Source of the DNA: an uncultured Gammaproteobacteria bacterium
GTDB lineage: Bacteria > Patescibacteriota > Microgenomatia > Levybacterales > UBA12049
Length of the DNA stretch: 64,000 nucleotides
Assembly (NCBI GenBank): GCA_964598355.1
Contig: CAZRBN010000001.1
Span: forward strand, 5,839 to 69,838
Direction: 5' to 3'
The position numbers and the translations under genes are program-made. Positions 19,496-29,000 of the stretch are shown here, piece by piece. Numbering within the stretch: the first letter of the stretch is position 1; every line of letters starts with the position of its first letter. Under the pieces are notes generated by a model, which made no database searches, was not told the DNA's origin, and was given only the letters and a program-made list of their open reading frames with translations.

Positions 19496-20086
19496 TTTGT
19501 AAACAAAGATTTTCTTTTCTTCATCACGCTTGAGTAATTTCAAATGCCCCTTATATGCCTCTTTTGGAAAATCATATATATACGTAATAAGAAGAGTTCC
19601 AGGCTTAAGCTCTTTAAAAAATTTCTTTGAAAGACCAGTGAGTGCTTTTGGAACCAAATAGACAAAAATAACAGTTGCTGCTGAAAGAGGTACATCAAAA
19701 AAGTTCTTTTTAATAATAGTTATATCTATTTCCTTTGATACTAAGTTTGACTTGGTCTTTTTCTGGTTTTCTTTTTTAATCGCGTTTGATGTGACCATAA
19801 CATTCCACTTAGCTAGCCAAACACGTACAGGATCTATTTCTATTCAAACACCTTTTGCTCCAAATTCTTTTGCTGCAATACATAAAGCCTTACCAGTTCC
19901 ACATCCTAAATCATAAATACTGTCTTTTGATGAAAGCTTTGCAACTTTACACATTTCTCGTATAACATCCTCAGGCATTTGCCACCAGGGAGCCCAGGGA
20001 CTATCAGGGGGCCACACTGCTGATAAAACAAGGAAAAGACCAAAGATAATAAGAAGGACCATAAGCTCAGTAAGAATAAATGCCAT
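19484..20086 (-). pseudogene. Membrane-anchored class I SAM-dependent methyltransferase interrupted by a single in-frame TGA (19844-19846) at a conserved Gly position
   Basis: Upstream ORF: TM helix plus DLGCGTGKALCIAAKEFGAKGV (SAM motif I). Then TGA, then in the same frame IEIDPVRVWLAKWNV-MVTSNAIKK.... The post-I motif G(V)GIEIDP of methyltransferases predicts Gly exactly where the TGA sits. Confidence 0.6.
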
Positions 20087-20222
20087 AGCTTTTATACTAC
20101 AAGAGCATATAGGTTATGGCAATGGCAGAAGTGCATGCAGAGATTGATGAAAAATAGAGTGAGATACTAAGTGCTTACTAAAAGCATGGAATCTCTTACT
20201 ATTCTAGTATCCCGTGTCTCTT

Positions 20223-21296
20223 TTACTTTAGGTATTTGTCGAAAAAGGCAATTGAGCGGTCCATTGCCAAAGAAAAGTTATGAGAAATATTATGATTGTC
20301 ACCAGAATATGTGTATAATTCTGCACTCTTTCCCAAACTCTTCAATTTATTGTATACATTCTCAGAAAAAGATACTGGTACTTCTTCATCCTGTTCTCCT
20401 GCCTGTATTTGGATAGGTGCTGTTATATCTTTGAGAAAGAATGTCGGGTCAATGGAATTCCAAAAATTTGGGTTAGATTCTGGGGTACCATATGATTTTT
20501 CAAGGTTTGCTCTATAACGATATCGAAGTGAGAGCTCATACGCAGAAGGGTGATATGCAGGGTCATGCCAATGCTCCAAATCTGTATATGTTCCAATAAC
20601 GCCTCCCCAAATGACCGCAGCTTTTATATCCTTTGTATTAACAACAATATTCCGAAGAGTAATATTACCACCCAGAGAATGTCCCCACATGCCAATTTTT
20701 TGAGGATTAGCATCCTTATATCTTTTTACAGAAGCGACCCCATTTAAGACATCTGTAGCATACGCTGATGAATAATATGCACCTTCTGGCTTACCATCTG
20801 AATTTCCATTCCCTCTATAATCCGGCTTCAAAACAATATAACCTGCACGTGCAAAAGGAGGATAATAGGTGGCATACTGCCCTATTTCAGGAAATGTTTG
20901 ATAGGTTGTCGGTGCAATATACCCATGATTAAAAACAATCACAGGCCATCCACTCCTTGGTTTCTGTCCTTCTGGAATAGTCATTAACGCATAAATTTTA
21001 TTCCCTTCAGATTGATAACTAACAATGTATTGGTTGTAATTACTTCCACTAGAAAGTGTCTGTTCTATAATAATGTCACTTCCTGGATACGTTTGCTGTC
21101 GCATGTTTGCAATACTTAGTGAGATAGAGGGAACATGAGGAGTTACTTGTTGTGAACTACTCTCCTTTAATGGAGGTAGGACTTGTCTATAGGCAAGATA
21201 TCCTCCAATACCCACAAGAAGTATCAACATAATAAGTAACATCTTCTTCATATACCTATTGTACACCTGAGGAATAAGAAACTCCTGAAAAATCAC
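20223..21296 (-). CDS. Secreted/membrane-anchored alpha/beta hydrolase, prolyl-oligopeptidase (S9)/esterase-like
   Basis: Signal/TM MKKMLLIMLILLVGIGGYLAY, the GHSLGG nucleophile elbow (GxSxG) and a C-terminal Asp/His region. An alternative start is MKKM at about 21251. Confidence 0.7.
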   Translation of the reverse strand: MIFQEFLIPQVYNRYMKKMLLIMLILLVGIGGYLAYRQVLPPLKESSSQQVTPHVPSISLSIANMRQQTYPGSDIIIEQTLSSGSNYNQYIVSYQSEGNKIYALMTIPEGQKPRSGWPVIVFNHGYIAPTTYQTFPEIGQYATYYPPFARAGYIVLKPDYRGNGNSDGKPEGAYYSSAYATDVLNGVASVKRYKDANPQKIGMWGHSLGGNITLRNIVVNTKDIKAAVIWGGVIGTYTDLEHWHDPAYHPSAYELSLRYRYRANLEKSYGTPESNPNFWNSIDPTFFLKDITAPIQIQAGEQDEEVPVSFSENVYNKLKSLGKSAELYTYSGDNHNISHNFSLAMDRSIAFFDKYLK

Positions 21297-21640
21297 CTCT
21301 GGGGATAGATAACTTTTCCAACAAGAAACTCTTTAGAAACCCATCCAAAGTGCCTACTATCTGTACTTTCCTTCTTATTATCTCCTTCTACAAAAAGTTT
21401 TTCTTTATCTATCTGCATTATTCGCTTTACTAATAATCGTCCATTTCTTGGATCTTTCAGAACAACTATATTTCCTGTTCTTAGATTTCCAAACAACCAA
21501 ACAAGTATCTTTTGTTTTGGGAAAAGGGTCGGTGTCATACTGGCTCCAACAATATCAAAAATACGTATTGGAACTAGAATGGATAGTATTTTTTTAAAAT
21601 TTTTGAGAATTGAAGATTGATTGGAAATTGGAAATTGCAA
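21293..21640 (-). CDS. sodX: S26-family signal-peptidase-like protease, candidate SodX (NiSOD maturation peptidase)
   Basis: 115 aa. DIVGASMTPTL is the S26 catalytic Ser box; VKRIM and GDNKKESTDSRHFGWV are further S26 boxes. It sits immediately downstream of the NiSOD gene. Confidence 0.65.
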   Translation of the reverse strand: MQFPISNQSSILKNFKKILSILVPIRIFDIVGASMTPTLFPKQKILVWLFGNLRTGNIVVLKDPRNGRLLVKRIMQIDKEKLFVEGDNKKESTDSRHFGWVSKEFLVGKVIYPQR

Positions 21641-21648
21641 ATTTAAAA

Positions 21649-22089
21649 TTATTTTGCTGCTGCAGCTTTTGCTTTTTCAAACATGTCTGCTATTTCATTT
21701 ACAGCCATTACTAATTTTTCTGCTGATTCCATACTAACATGCTGTTTATTTTCCGAACACAATTTTGCTGCTTTCCAAAAAGTGTCATGAAGATTTGGAA
21801 ACATTTCCAAATGTTGTGGTTTAAAATAATCAGTCCATAGGATAAGGAGCTCTTCCTTGCATTTTCTTGCGTGCTCTTCTTTAGTCCAAATGTAGCGAAC
21901 AAAATTTGCGTGATCATCAGTGGTCCATTTGTCTTTTTCTGGAAGTGCATCTACTTTTTCAACCATTTTTGCGACTGTCGCTGCTGCAATTTGTGCTGGT
22001 TTTGGATCATAAATGCCACATGGGATATCACAATGTGCATACACAGGCTGAGAAGGAAGAACAGAAAGAAGTTGACTTAGAATGTTCAT
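21649..22089 (-). CDS. sodN: Nickel superoxide dismutase precursor (NiSOD)
   Basis: An 18-aa propeptide MNILSQLLSVLPSQPVYA is followed by HCDIPCGIYDP. This is the Ni-hook His-Cys-X-X-Pro-Cys-Gly-X-Tyr that must become the mature N-terminus. 146 aa, the normal NiSOD size. Confidence 0.8.
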   Translation of the reverse strand: MNILSQLLSVLPSQPVYAHCDIPCGIYDPKPAQIAAATVAKMVEKVDALPEKDKWTTDDHANFVRYIWTKEEHARKCKEELLILWTDYFKPQHLEMFPNLHDTFWKAAKLCSENKQHVSMESAEKLVMAVNEIADMFEKAKAAAAK

Positions 22090-22214
22090 ATTTTCATATT
22101 AGTTCTGATATATAAAAAAGTCAACAGGAATAAGATAAAAATTGTTACATTGTTAAACACGAACAAAAATAAAAAGCAAGAATTCAAAATAGCAGCTGAT
22201 AAAATAATGTAGGC

Positions 22215-23969
22215 TTAGAAAATAATACGAACGCCACCTAAATCAGAGTATTCGAATGGATGCTCATCATGAATAGACCCAATAAGAATTCTATTCTTTC
22301 TTATTTTAAATTCTTTTGAAACTTCATCGATAAGGTCGGGACTAAATGGTTTATTTTTATATACCACATCCATATTGAAATGAGGGAAAGCGCCTGCCTT
22401 TTTTAAGTTTGGTAATACTTCTTTTAATTCTTCAAGGCTTTTATCATATTGTTCTTTATTGCCATTATTACAATGCACGAGAATAACATTTCTTCCTGTT
22501 TCATTTTTATTAATGTATTCAAGTACTTGAAATAAGCGATCCACATGGTGAATAAAGACGACAAAACTACCATTAGTTACATCTTGAAAATTTTTGTAAA
22601 CAAATTCATCAATTTTTCTAAGATATTTTGTAAATCGCAAAATAAGTTGTAATACCCAGTCAAATCGTAAAGAAAGAAAAACAAAAAGGATTGCTGGAAC
22701 AAAATACATTCCGAAATAATCAAGATTTAATGGATTAATTTTTATATTTCCAATAACTCCAGCCACTGTTGCAAAGAATGCAATGAGTACAAAGATAACT
22801 GGAGCTCGATATGTTCTTTTTAGTTCAGTTCTGGTTTCTCGCATAATAAGATTACCGAGTGCAAACAAACTCATAACAGAAAGGAATGCAATGGTATATA
22901 CACCTGCAAGTGATAGTAGATTACCATTTGTTATAAGAAGAATTGATGTACATAAAAGGAAAAATGCAACAACAATTCCTGGATAAGAACCTTTACTATT
23001 TTCTTTTGCTAAAAAGTTAGGAAAACAACCATCCGTTGTCATACGATAAATAAGCCCACTTACGCCAACAAATGCTGTTAACACTGCACCAGCAAGTACT
23101 AAAAATGCATCTGCAATAAGAATATATTGGAAAATTATTCCGCCCATAGCCCTTGCAACGTTTGAAAGAAGAAAATCTTGAGACTTGAGAATAGTGTCAA
23201 ATGGTAAAACATTTAATGCAGCAAGAGCTGTTAAAGGATTAAAAATAGCAACACCGATTAACATGTTACGAAGTGTTTTTCGAAATACTCCTGGTCCTTG
23301 TTCTTCAACGAAATTTGCCGAACTTTCATATCCAGATACTCCTAAAAGTGAAGTTGAAAAGCCAAAGAAAAATGCTGGAATAATACCACCAACCTGAGAA
23401 ATAAGTAACCTGGTGTGAGTAATATTCTCAAAGAAGTACCAATGTCCTCCATGAACACTATAGAAAATTGCATATCCGACAAATACAGTAAGCACCAAAA
23501 TATGGAATACAAAAATAGAAAAAGCAACTTTCGCAGAGTCTTTAATACCTGAAATAACCAAAACTGCAAAAGCGAGCATGAGAAGAATTGTCACTGGAAT
23601 AACAGGAATACTGATTGCTGAATGAATGTATTCAATAGCTGTTTTTCCTGAGATCACGGCTGTTGCAACATATGATAACAATGTCATTGTACCTGCGACT
23701 GCAGCTAACGTCTTTGAAGTTGCATTAAGCAAACAATTATATGCTCCCCCATTTGTAGGAAGTGCTTCGACTACTTCTATATAGACTGCTTTGTATAAAA
23801 ACAAAACAACAGCAATAGAAAGAAGAATAAGTGGTGCAAAAACGCCAGCAAATGCAATAGCAATACCGGAAACGTAAAATGTGGAACTTAAAATATCATT
23901 ACCACAAATAGCGGTTGCAAACCACTGATTTAATTTAATATGTTCCTTACGTACAGGCTTTGTTACCAT
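22215..23969 (-). CDS. APC-superfamily amino acid/polyamine permease with an extra ~140-aa C-terminal cytoplasmic domain
   Basis: 12-TM APC-like core (GNDILSSTFYVSGIAIAFAG...) followed by a hydrophilic C-terminal domain of unknown function. Confidence 0.65.
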   Translation of the reverse strand: MVTKPVRKEHIKLNQWFATAICGNDILSSTFYVSGIAIAFAGVFAPLILLSIAVVLFLYKAVYIEVVEALPTNGGAYNCLLNATSKTLAAVAGTMTLLSYVATAVISGKTAIEYIHSAISIPVIPVTILLMLAFAVLVISGIKDSAKVAFSIFVFHILVLTVFVGYAIFYSVHGGHWYFFENITHTRLLISQVGGIIPAFFFGFSTSLLGVSGYESSANFVEEQGPGVFRKTLRNMLIGVAIFNPLTALAALNVLPFDTILKSQDFLLSNVARAMGGIIFQYILIADAFLVLAGAVLTAFVGVSGLIYRMTTDGCFPNFLAKENSKGSYPGIVVAFFLLCTSILLITNGNLLSLAGVYTIAFLSVMSLFALGNLIMRETRTELKRTYRAPVIFVLIAFFATVAGVIGNIKINPLNLDYFGMYFVPAILFVFLSLRFDWVLQLILRFTKYLRKIDEFVYKNFQDVTNGSFVVFIHHVDRLFQVLEYINKNETGRNVILVHCNNGNKEQYDKSLEELKEVLPNLKKAGAFPHFNMDVVYKNKPFSPDLIDEVSKEFKIRKNRILIGSIHDEHPFEYSDLGGVRIIF

Positions 23970-24039
23970 ATTAGTTTCTCTGTCTTAGAAGAAAGTATTA
24001 TAGAACAAAAACCATTAACAAACAAGATAAGTTTCTAAC

Positions 24040-24058
24040 GTGACTCACTGTGAGTCAA
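24040..24058. promoter_or_regulatory. Near-perfect palindrome GTGACTCAC-T-GTGAGTCA upstream of the permease gene; candidate operator
   Basis: Read directly: arms at 24040-24048 and 24050-24058 match 8/9 as reverse complements. It lies about 70 bp upstream of the permease start on the minus strand. Confidence 0.3.
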
Positions 24059-24319
24059 AAACTATCTAAGGATTATTGTGAAAGGACATCTGCGAGAGAG
24101 GAAGCATTGCTCCCTGAACAGTTTCTATCAGAGGTGACGAGTAGAATAAGAGAAGGAAAAAAGCAAATAAAACAACCAAAAGACCAGAAAGTATATCTAA
24201 CTGTTTAATTTCTTTAATTTCTTCAAACGATAGGGCAGATTCCATTATTTTCATATATAGTACAAAAAGAATTTAACAAGGGAATAATGGATCGGTAAGA
24301 GGACACTAAGAAAAGCAGG

Positions 24320-24985
24320 TTACTCCTTAATCATATAACCAAAACCACGCACGGAGTGGATGAGTTTCTTTTTATAATCGGCATCTATTTTTTTGCGAAG
24401 ATACCCTATATATACATCAACAACTCGCGTATCTACTTCATAGGAATACAACCATACTCTATTAAGTATCATTTCTCGAGTCAATACGCGTCCCTTATTA
24501 CTAATAAGATATTGGAGTAGTTTAAACTCATGAGGAGAGAGTTGTATAAGTGTGCCACTTCTTTTAACTTCAAACGTCTTATTATTTAACTCTAAATCTG
24601 CAATTATTAACTTTACTTCATCACTGTGGCGAAGTCTGGCCTTAATGCGTGCAATAAGTTCATCAGCAACAAATGGTTTGGTAATATAATCATCCGCACC
24701 TAAATTAAGTCCGCGGACAACATCTGACACATCATCTTTTGCAGTAAGAATAATAATAGGGAGGTCCGGATATTTTTTTCTTATTTCAAGACAAACAGCT
24801 TCACCAGCTAAGTTGGGAAGACCTAAATCAAGTAGCACTAAATCAGGCTGAGATTTTTTAATAAGAGATAATGCTTGAACGCCATCAGAAGCAACTTCGG
24901 CAGCAAAACCATTATCCAAAAGAAGCTCTCTCAAAAATTCTTGAATTCCTTGATCGTCTTCAACAACTAATACTTTATTTACCAT
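24320..24985 (-). CDS. OmpR/PhoB-family response regulator
   Basis: Receiver domain (VLVVEDDQGIQEF...LVLLDLGLPNLAG...IIILTAKDD) plus a winged-helix output domain (LSPHEFKLLQYLI...VDVYIGYLRKKI). The ORF track extends to 25048, but MMVNKVLVVEDD is the likely start. Confidence 0.85.
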   Translation of the reverse strand: MVNKVLVVEDDQGIQEFLRELLLDNGFAAEVASDGVQALSLIKKSQPDLVLLDLGLPNLAGEAVCLEIRKKYPDLPIIILTAKDDVSDVVRGLNLGADDYITKPFVADELIARIKARLRHSDEVKLIIADLELNNKTFEVKRSGTLIQLSPHEFKLLQYLISNKGRVLTREMILNRVWLYSYEVDTRVVDVYIGYLRKKIDADYKKKLIHSVRGFGYMIKE

Positions 24986-25089
24986 CATATATCTATTGTA
25001 GTAGCTTATTGAAAAGCATGTCAATTGAGGACACCTTTCATTAAGCAATTTCGTGCTTTACCATTCTCTTATAAAACACCAAAGAGTGC

Positions 25090-25117
25090 GTAAGAGAAAG
25101 GTAAGAATTAGGTAAGA
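25090..25117. promoter_or_regulatory. Three direct GTAAGA repeats with 11-bp periodicity upstream of the response-regulator gene; candidate OmpR-type binding site (autoregulation)
   Basis: GTAAGA occurs at 25090-25095, 25101-25106 and 25112-25117. Direct repeats on one DNA face are the usual architecture of OmpR-family sites. Confidence 0.35.
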
Positions 25118-25148
25118 TTAGCTTCTTCATGCTTTTGCTTGCTCTTAC

Positions 25149-25379
25149 TCAATTTTCATAACTTTTCTTAGTATTTTGCCTTGATTTTCCCCCTAAACTC
25201 CCTGCTTTTTTCGCTCTTTCAGGGTTATTTTTAAAATTACCTGGACTTACCCTTCCGCCTTTTTTTCCGATAGCACTATAAAAATGCTCTCCGTATTTTT
25301 GCGATGTTTTTAATCCTCCTGCTTTGCCAGCAAGCGAATGTCCTTTTCTGTTACCATGCCAACCAGAAGAATTACCCAT
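25149..25379 (-). CDS. KGG-repeat general stress protein (YciG/con-10-like)
   Basis: 76-aa Gly/Lys-rich protein with repeated KGG / GGK motifs (GKAGGLKTSQKYGEHFYSAIGKKGGRVSPGNF). Confidence 0.6.
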   Translation of the reverse strand: MGNSSGWHGNRKGHSLAGKAGGLKTSQKYGEHFYSAIGKKGGRVSPGNFKNNPERAKKAGSLGGKSRQNTKKSYEN

Positions 25380-25449
25380 TTCTTATTACACAGTAACTAT
25401 CCCACGTAAGAAGACTTTCCTATCTTCCTAAGAGAATGGTAAGAGGAAA

Positions 25450-26004
25450 CTATAGCGTTGCAATTGTCGCTTTAAGACGCTTAAAGTCTTGTTCAAAATA
25501 GACAAAATTTTTTACAAATCGAATAGCTGCTGCAGGATGATAGCTTATAAAATATTTCTGTCCATTTTTATTTATTACTTTTCCGTGTTCTTTGGCAACT
25601 GATACCGACATGTCTAAAACTGCTTTACTTGCAACACTTCCCAAAAGTACGAGTAATTGTGGCTGTATAATACCAATTTGTTTCCATAAATAGTGTTTCC
25701 CATGATCTATCTGTTCTTGAGAGAGAGTACCTGTAGCAGGCAAATATTTACCTAAACTTGTTATAAAGACTTCATCTTCTGAAAGTCCTATATCACGTAT
25801 TTGTTTTCTCAGAAGTTGCCCTGAGCGACCAATAAAAGGACGTCCTGTTTCTGCTTCTTGTTTGCCAGGTGCTTCCCCAATAAACATAATGCTAGCATTA
25901 GGATTTCCTTCTCCCGGAACAGGTTTTCCCAAAGATCCTTTTTGGCATACTCTACAATGTGCAATTTCTTCAGCAATTTCTGCCAGTTGTCCCTTTTTAT
26001 TCAT
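25450..26004 (-). CDS. Uracil-DNA glycosylase, family 4
   Basis: HCRVCQK...GEGNPNASIMFIGEAPG...GRPFIGRSGQLL are the family-4 UDG motifs, including the Fe-S Cys ligands. Confidence 0.8.
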   Translation of the reverse strand: MNKKGQLAEIAEEIAHCRVCQKGSLGKPVPGEGNPNASIMFIGEAPGKQEAETGRPFIGRSGQLLRKQIRDIGLSEDEVFITSLGKYLPATGTLSQEQIDHGKHYLWKQIGIIQPQLLVLLGSVASKAVLDMSVSVAKEHGKVINKNGQKYFISYHPAAAIRFVKNFVYFEQDFKRLKATIATL

Positions 26005-29000
26005 GATTGTGTTGTTTTAGAGGAAGATAGACATATATCTTGGTCCCTTGCCCAACTGAACTCTCAACCCACATTTTTCCTTCATGTCTTTTAACAATTT
26101 CTGATGATATATGAAGGCCTAGTCCAAGACCAGGAAAATTCTGTCCATTACGTATGGGTGAGCGATAAAATGGCTCAAAAATATTTTCTTGATCATTTTT
26201 TTCAATACCTACCCCATAATCTTTTACACATATAGTAACGCCTTTATTATCTTCCGTGAGAAGAACATCTACTGTATCTGCATCAGGGGAATATTTAATA
26301 GCATTGGTCAGTAGATTAATAATGACTTGTCTCATTCTTTCTTTATCAAGAAGTATTATTTTTTTTGATTCACCTATTAAATTGAGCTTATGAGTAACGG
26401 TTGTATATTGTATTTCTTCAATGGTATCTTTCAGAAGATTTTCTATAGCTACTTTTTCTTTATTAAACATAATCTTCCCTGACTTAATTTTTGTTACATC
26501 AAGTAAATCGTTAATAAGTTTTGTCAATCTATCCAACTGAACGTCCAATTTTGTAATCATGGTATATGTTTTTTGATCTCCTAATTGTTGTATCCTTTCA
26601 CTTAAAATACCCGCGTATAATTTTGCACTGGTAATAGGAGTTTTGAGTTCATGGCTCGCTGTACTAATAAACTCGTCTTTTAATTTCTCTTTTTGTTTTT
26701 CTTCTGTAATATCTTGAGCAACAGAAACAATGAGCAAAATATTTCCTGCATCATCAAAGATAGGTGCTGAGGTCACTTGTCTCCATTGATTTTCATGGGT
26801 ATCTCGAAAAGTAACACACATAGTAATTTGGGTTGGTTTTTTTTCACGCATAGTGCGATGTAGTGTCATTTGATCCTCAGACAACAAATGTCCCTCTTCA
26901 TCAACAATTTTTTCAAACCTGGAAAGGTAATTATCGTAGGATATATCTTCAACAAATTCTTCTATACTAGAATATCTATTTAACTTCGCTGCTGCATGAT
27001 TAACATATAAAATATCTCCTTTTGCATCCCATACAACAACAGCATCTGCAACATTTTCAAATATGATTTCTAACTCATCTTTTGATTGTTTGATTGTGGT
27101 CTCATATTCTATTCGCTCAGTAATATCTCTGTAATTTATTACCAATGCTTTAATATTTTGATTGTGCAGCATATTTCTTCCTACACCTTCCATCCAAGGA
27201 ATTGACCCATTTTTATTAATTCTCCTGTACGTAATGGGAAGCAGCTGATCTCCAGGAGAAGAGACTAATTCTTTAATAAACATTTTTACTTTTTCTTGAT
27301 CTTTAGGGTAAATAGCACTAACCATTGATTTTTTTAATTGTTCTTCAGGAGAATATCCAGTCACTCTTTTTGTAGATGGACTTGAATAAATAATAGTTCC
27401 ATTTGCATCTGTTAAGACGATTGCATCTGAGCTATATTCAATAAGAGCTCTAAAGCGTGCTTCTCTTCTTTCAATTTCCTGAGTAACTAATTTCTTCTCA
27501 TGAATATCTGTCTCGGTTCCAAACCAGCGAGTAATAATACCTTTCCTATTCTTAATCGGAACTGCTTTTGATAAAAACCATCGATATTCTCCCTTCTTAT
27601 TACGAATACGAAACTCTACTTCATACGGCTTTTTCTCCCTTCGTGCTTTCTCCCACTGCTCGTGTACAAACTTTTTATCGTCGGGATGAAGCACTTCAAG
27701 CCAAAGATCTTTCTCTATTAGTTTCTCCTGAGAAATTCCGGTATATTCTTCCCATCTCATATTGTAATATTCCGATTTCCCTATTTTATCGCCAGTCCAT
27801 ACAAGTTGTGGAATAGTTTCGGCAAGTTGCCTCCAATTTTCTTCACTTTGACGAAGACTTTCGGTAATTCGTTTTTCTTTTTCATAAATGTTGGACCTTT
27901 CTATAGCCTGAGAAGTCTGCTGAGCAAGTGACATAATAAAGCTCTTGTCTTCTTCTGTAAAAGAGACGGTTTTATCAAAGAGCAATTGAAGACATCCAAG
28001 GACTTCTCCACCAACTGACAAGGGAACTGTTGCTTGCGACTTGAAATTAGTTGCATCTACAAATTTCTTTGCAACTGTATAATGCGAAGGAAAATCAAAA
28101 ATATTACTAATATAAAATGGATAATTCTTTTTAAGTACCTCCCACATAATTAACGGTTCTTTTTCTGAAAATTCATCCTTTTTTTTAATATTTTTATCTA
28201 TGTAATATTTGGGGTATCCACGATAAGCAACAATCCGTAAAGTCTTTTTGTCTTCACTCAATAAAGCAACCTCTCCACCATTCGCCCCAAGAATTTTCAT
28301 TCCTTCCTTCATAATTGTTTGGAGAACTTGTTGTAGTGTGACCGCTTTAGATAACAGAGAGGTAATATGCTGTAGTGATTCTATTCTTTTTAATACAATT
28401 CTTAAGTACTCTTTTTGAGACTTTTCCTCCTCATACATTTTTGCCCTCTCATAAGCTTGCGTAAATAATTGTGAAAGCGTTATCAAAAATTCTGTCTCAT
28501 CTTTTGTAAACTTATTATGGTGTTTGAAGAATAGTCCTAAAACACCCACGGAATTATTTTCTGCTACAAGAGGCATTAATGCTCCTGCATTGCAATCAAT
28601 TCTATGAGCAAATTGTCTCATAACTACATACTCCTGAGATAAAGAGGAGAAATCGGTAATCATGAGAGGAAGTTTTGTCTTAATAACATCCATCATAAGT
28701 AAAGGCTGGTTTACTGAAGCTTCCATCCATGTACCAGTCCCACTTTTTGTAAATGATGTAGGATAGCCTGCAAAAGTAAGTATTTTTATGTTTTTTCTAT
28801 CTTCAGAAAGTACTGTTATTTCTCCGCCAATAGCATTTAATCCTTTTATTGCCTCCTCAATGATAATTTTGCCAATTTCTTTTGGAGTTAAAGCTTTTGA
28901 GAGAGAAACAGTAATTGTATTAAGAGCTTTGATGCGGTCAACAACCTGTGTCAAGGCATTTTTTTGCCGTAACTCCTCATCATATAAACGCGCCCGATCC

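Noticed and set aside
19844-19846. Possibility that the whole genome uses genetic code 25 (TGA=Gly), prompted by the TGA at a conserved Gly codon
   Set aside because: All other long genes in the window are intact under the standard code. Many end on TGA with short read-through distances to the next stop, and there are no other split conserved genes. A code-25 genome would show frequent in-frame TGAs.
24066-24254. 62-codon ORF between the response regulator and permease genes
   Set aside because: Hydrophobic but unsupported and with no RBS evident. It may be a real small membrane protein, but the evidence is insufficient.
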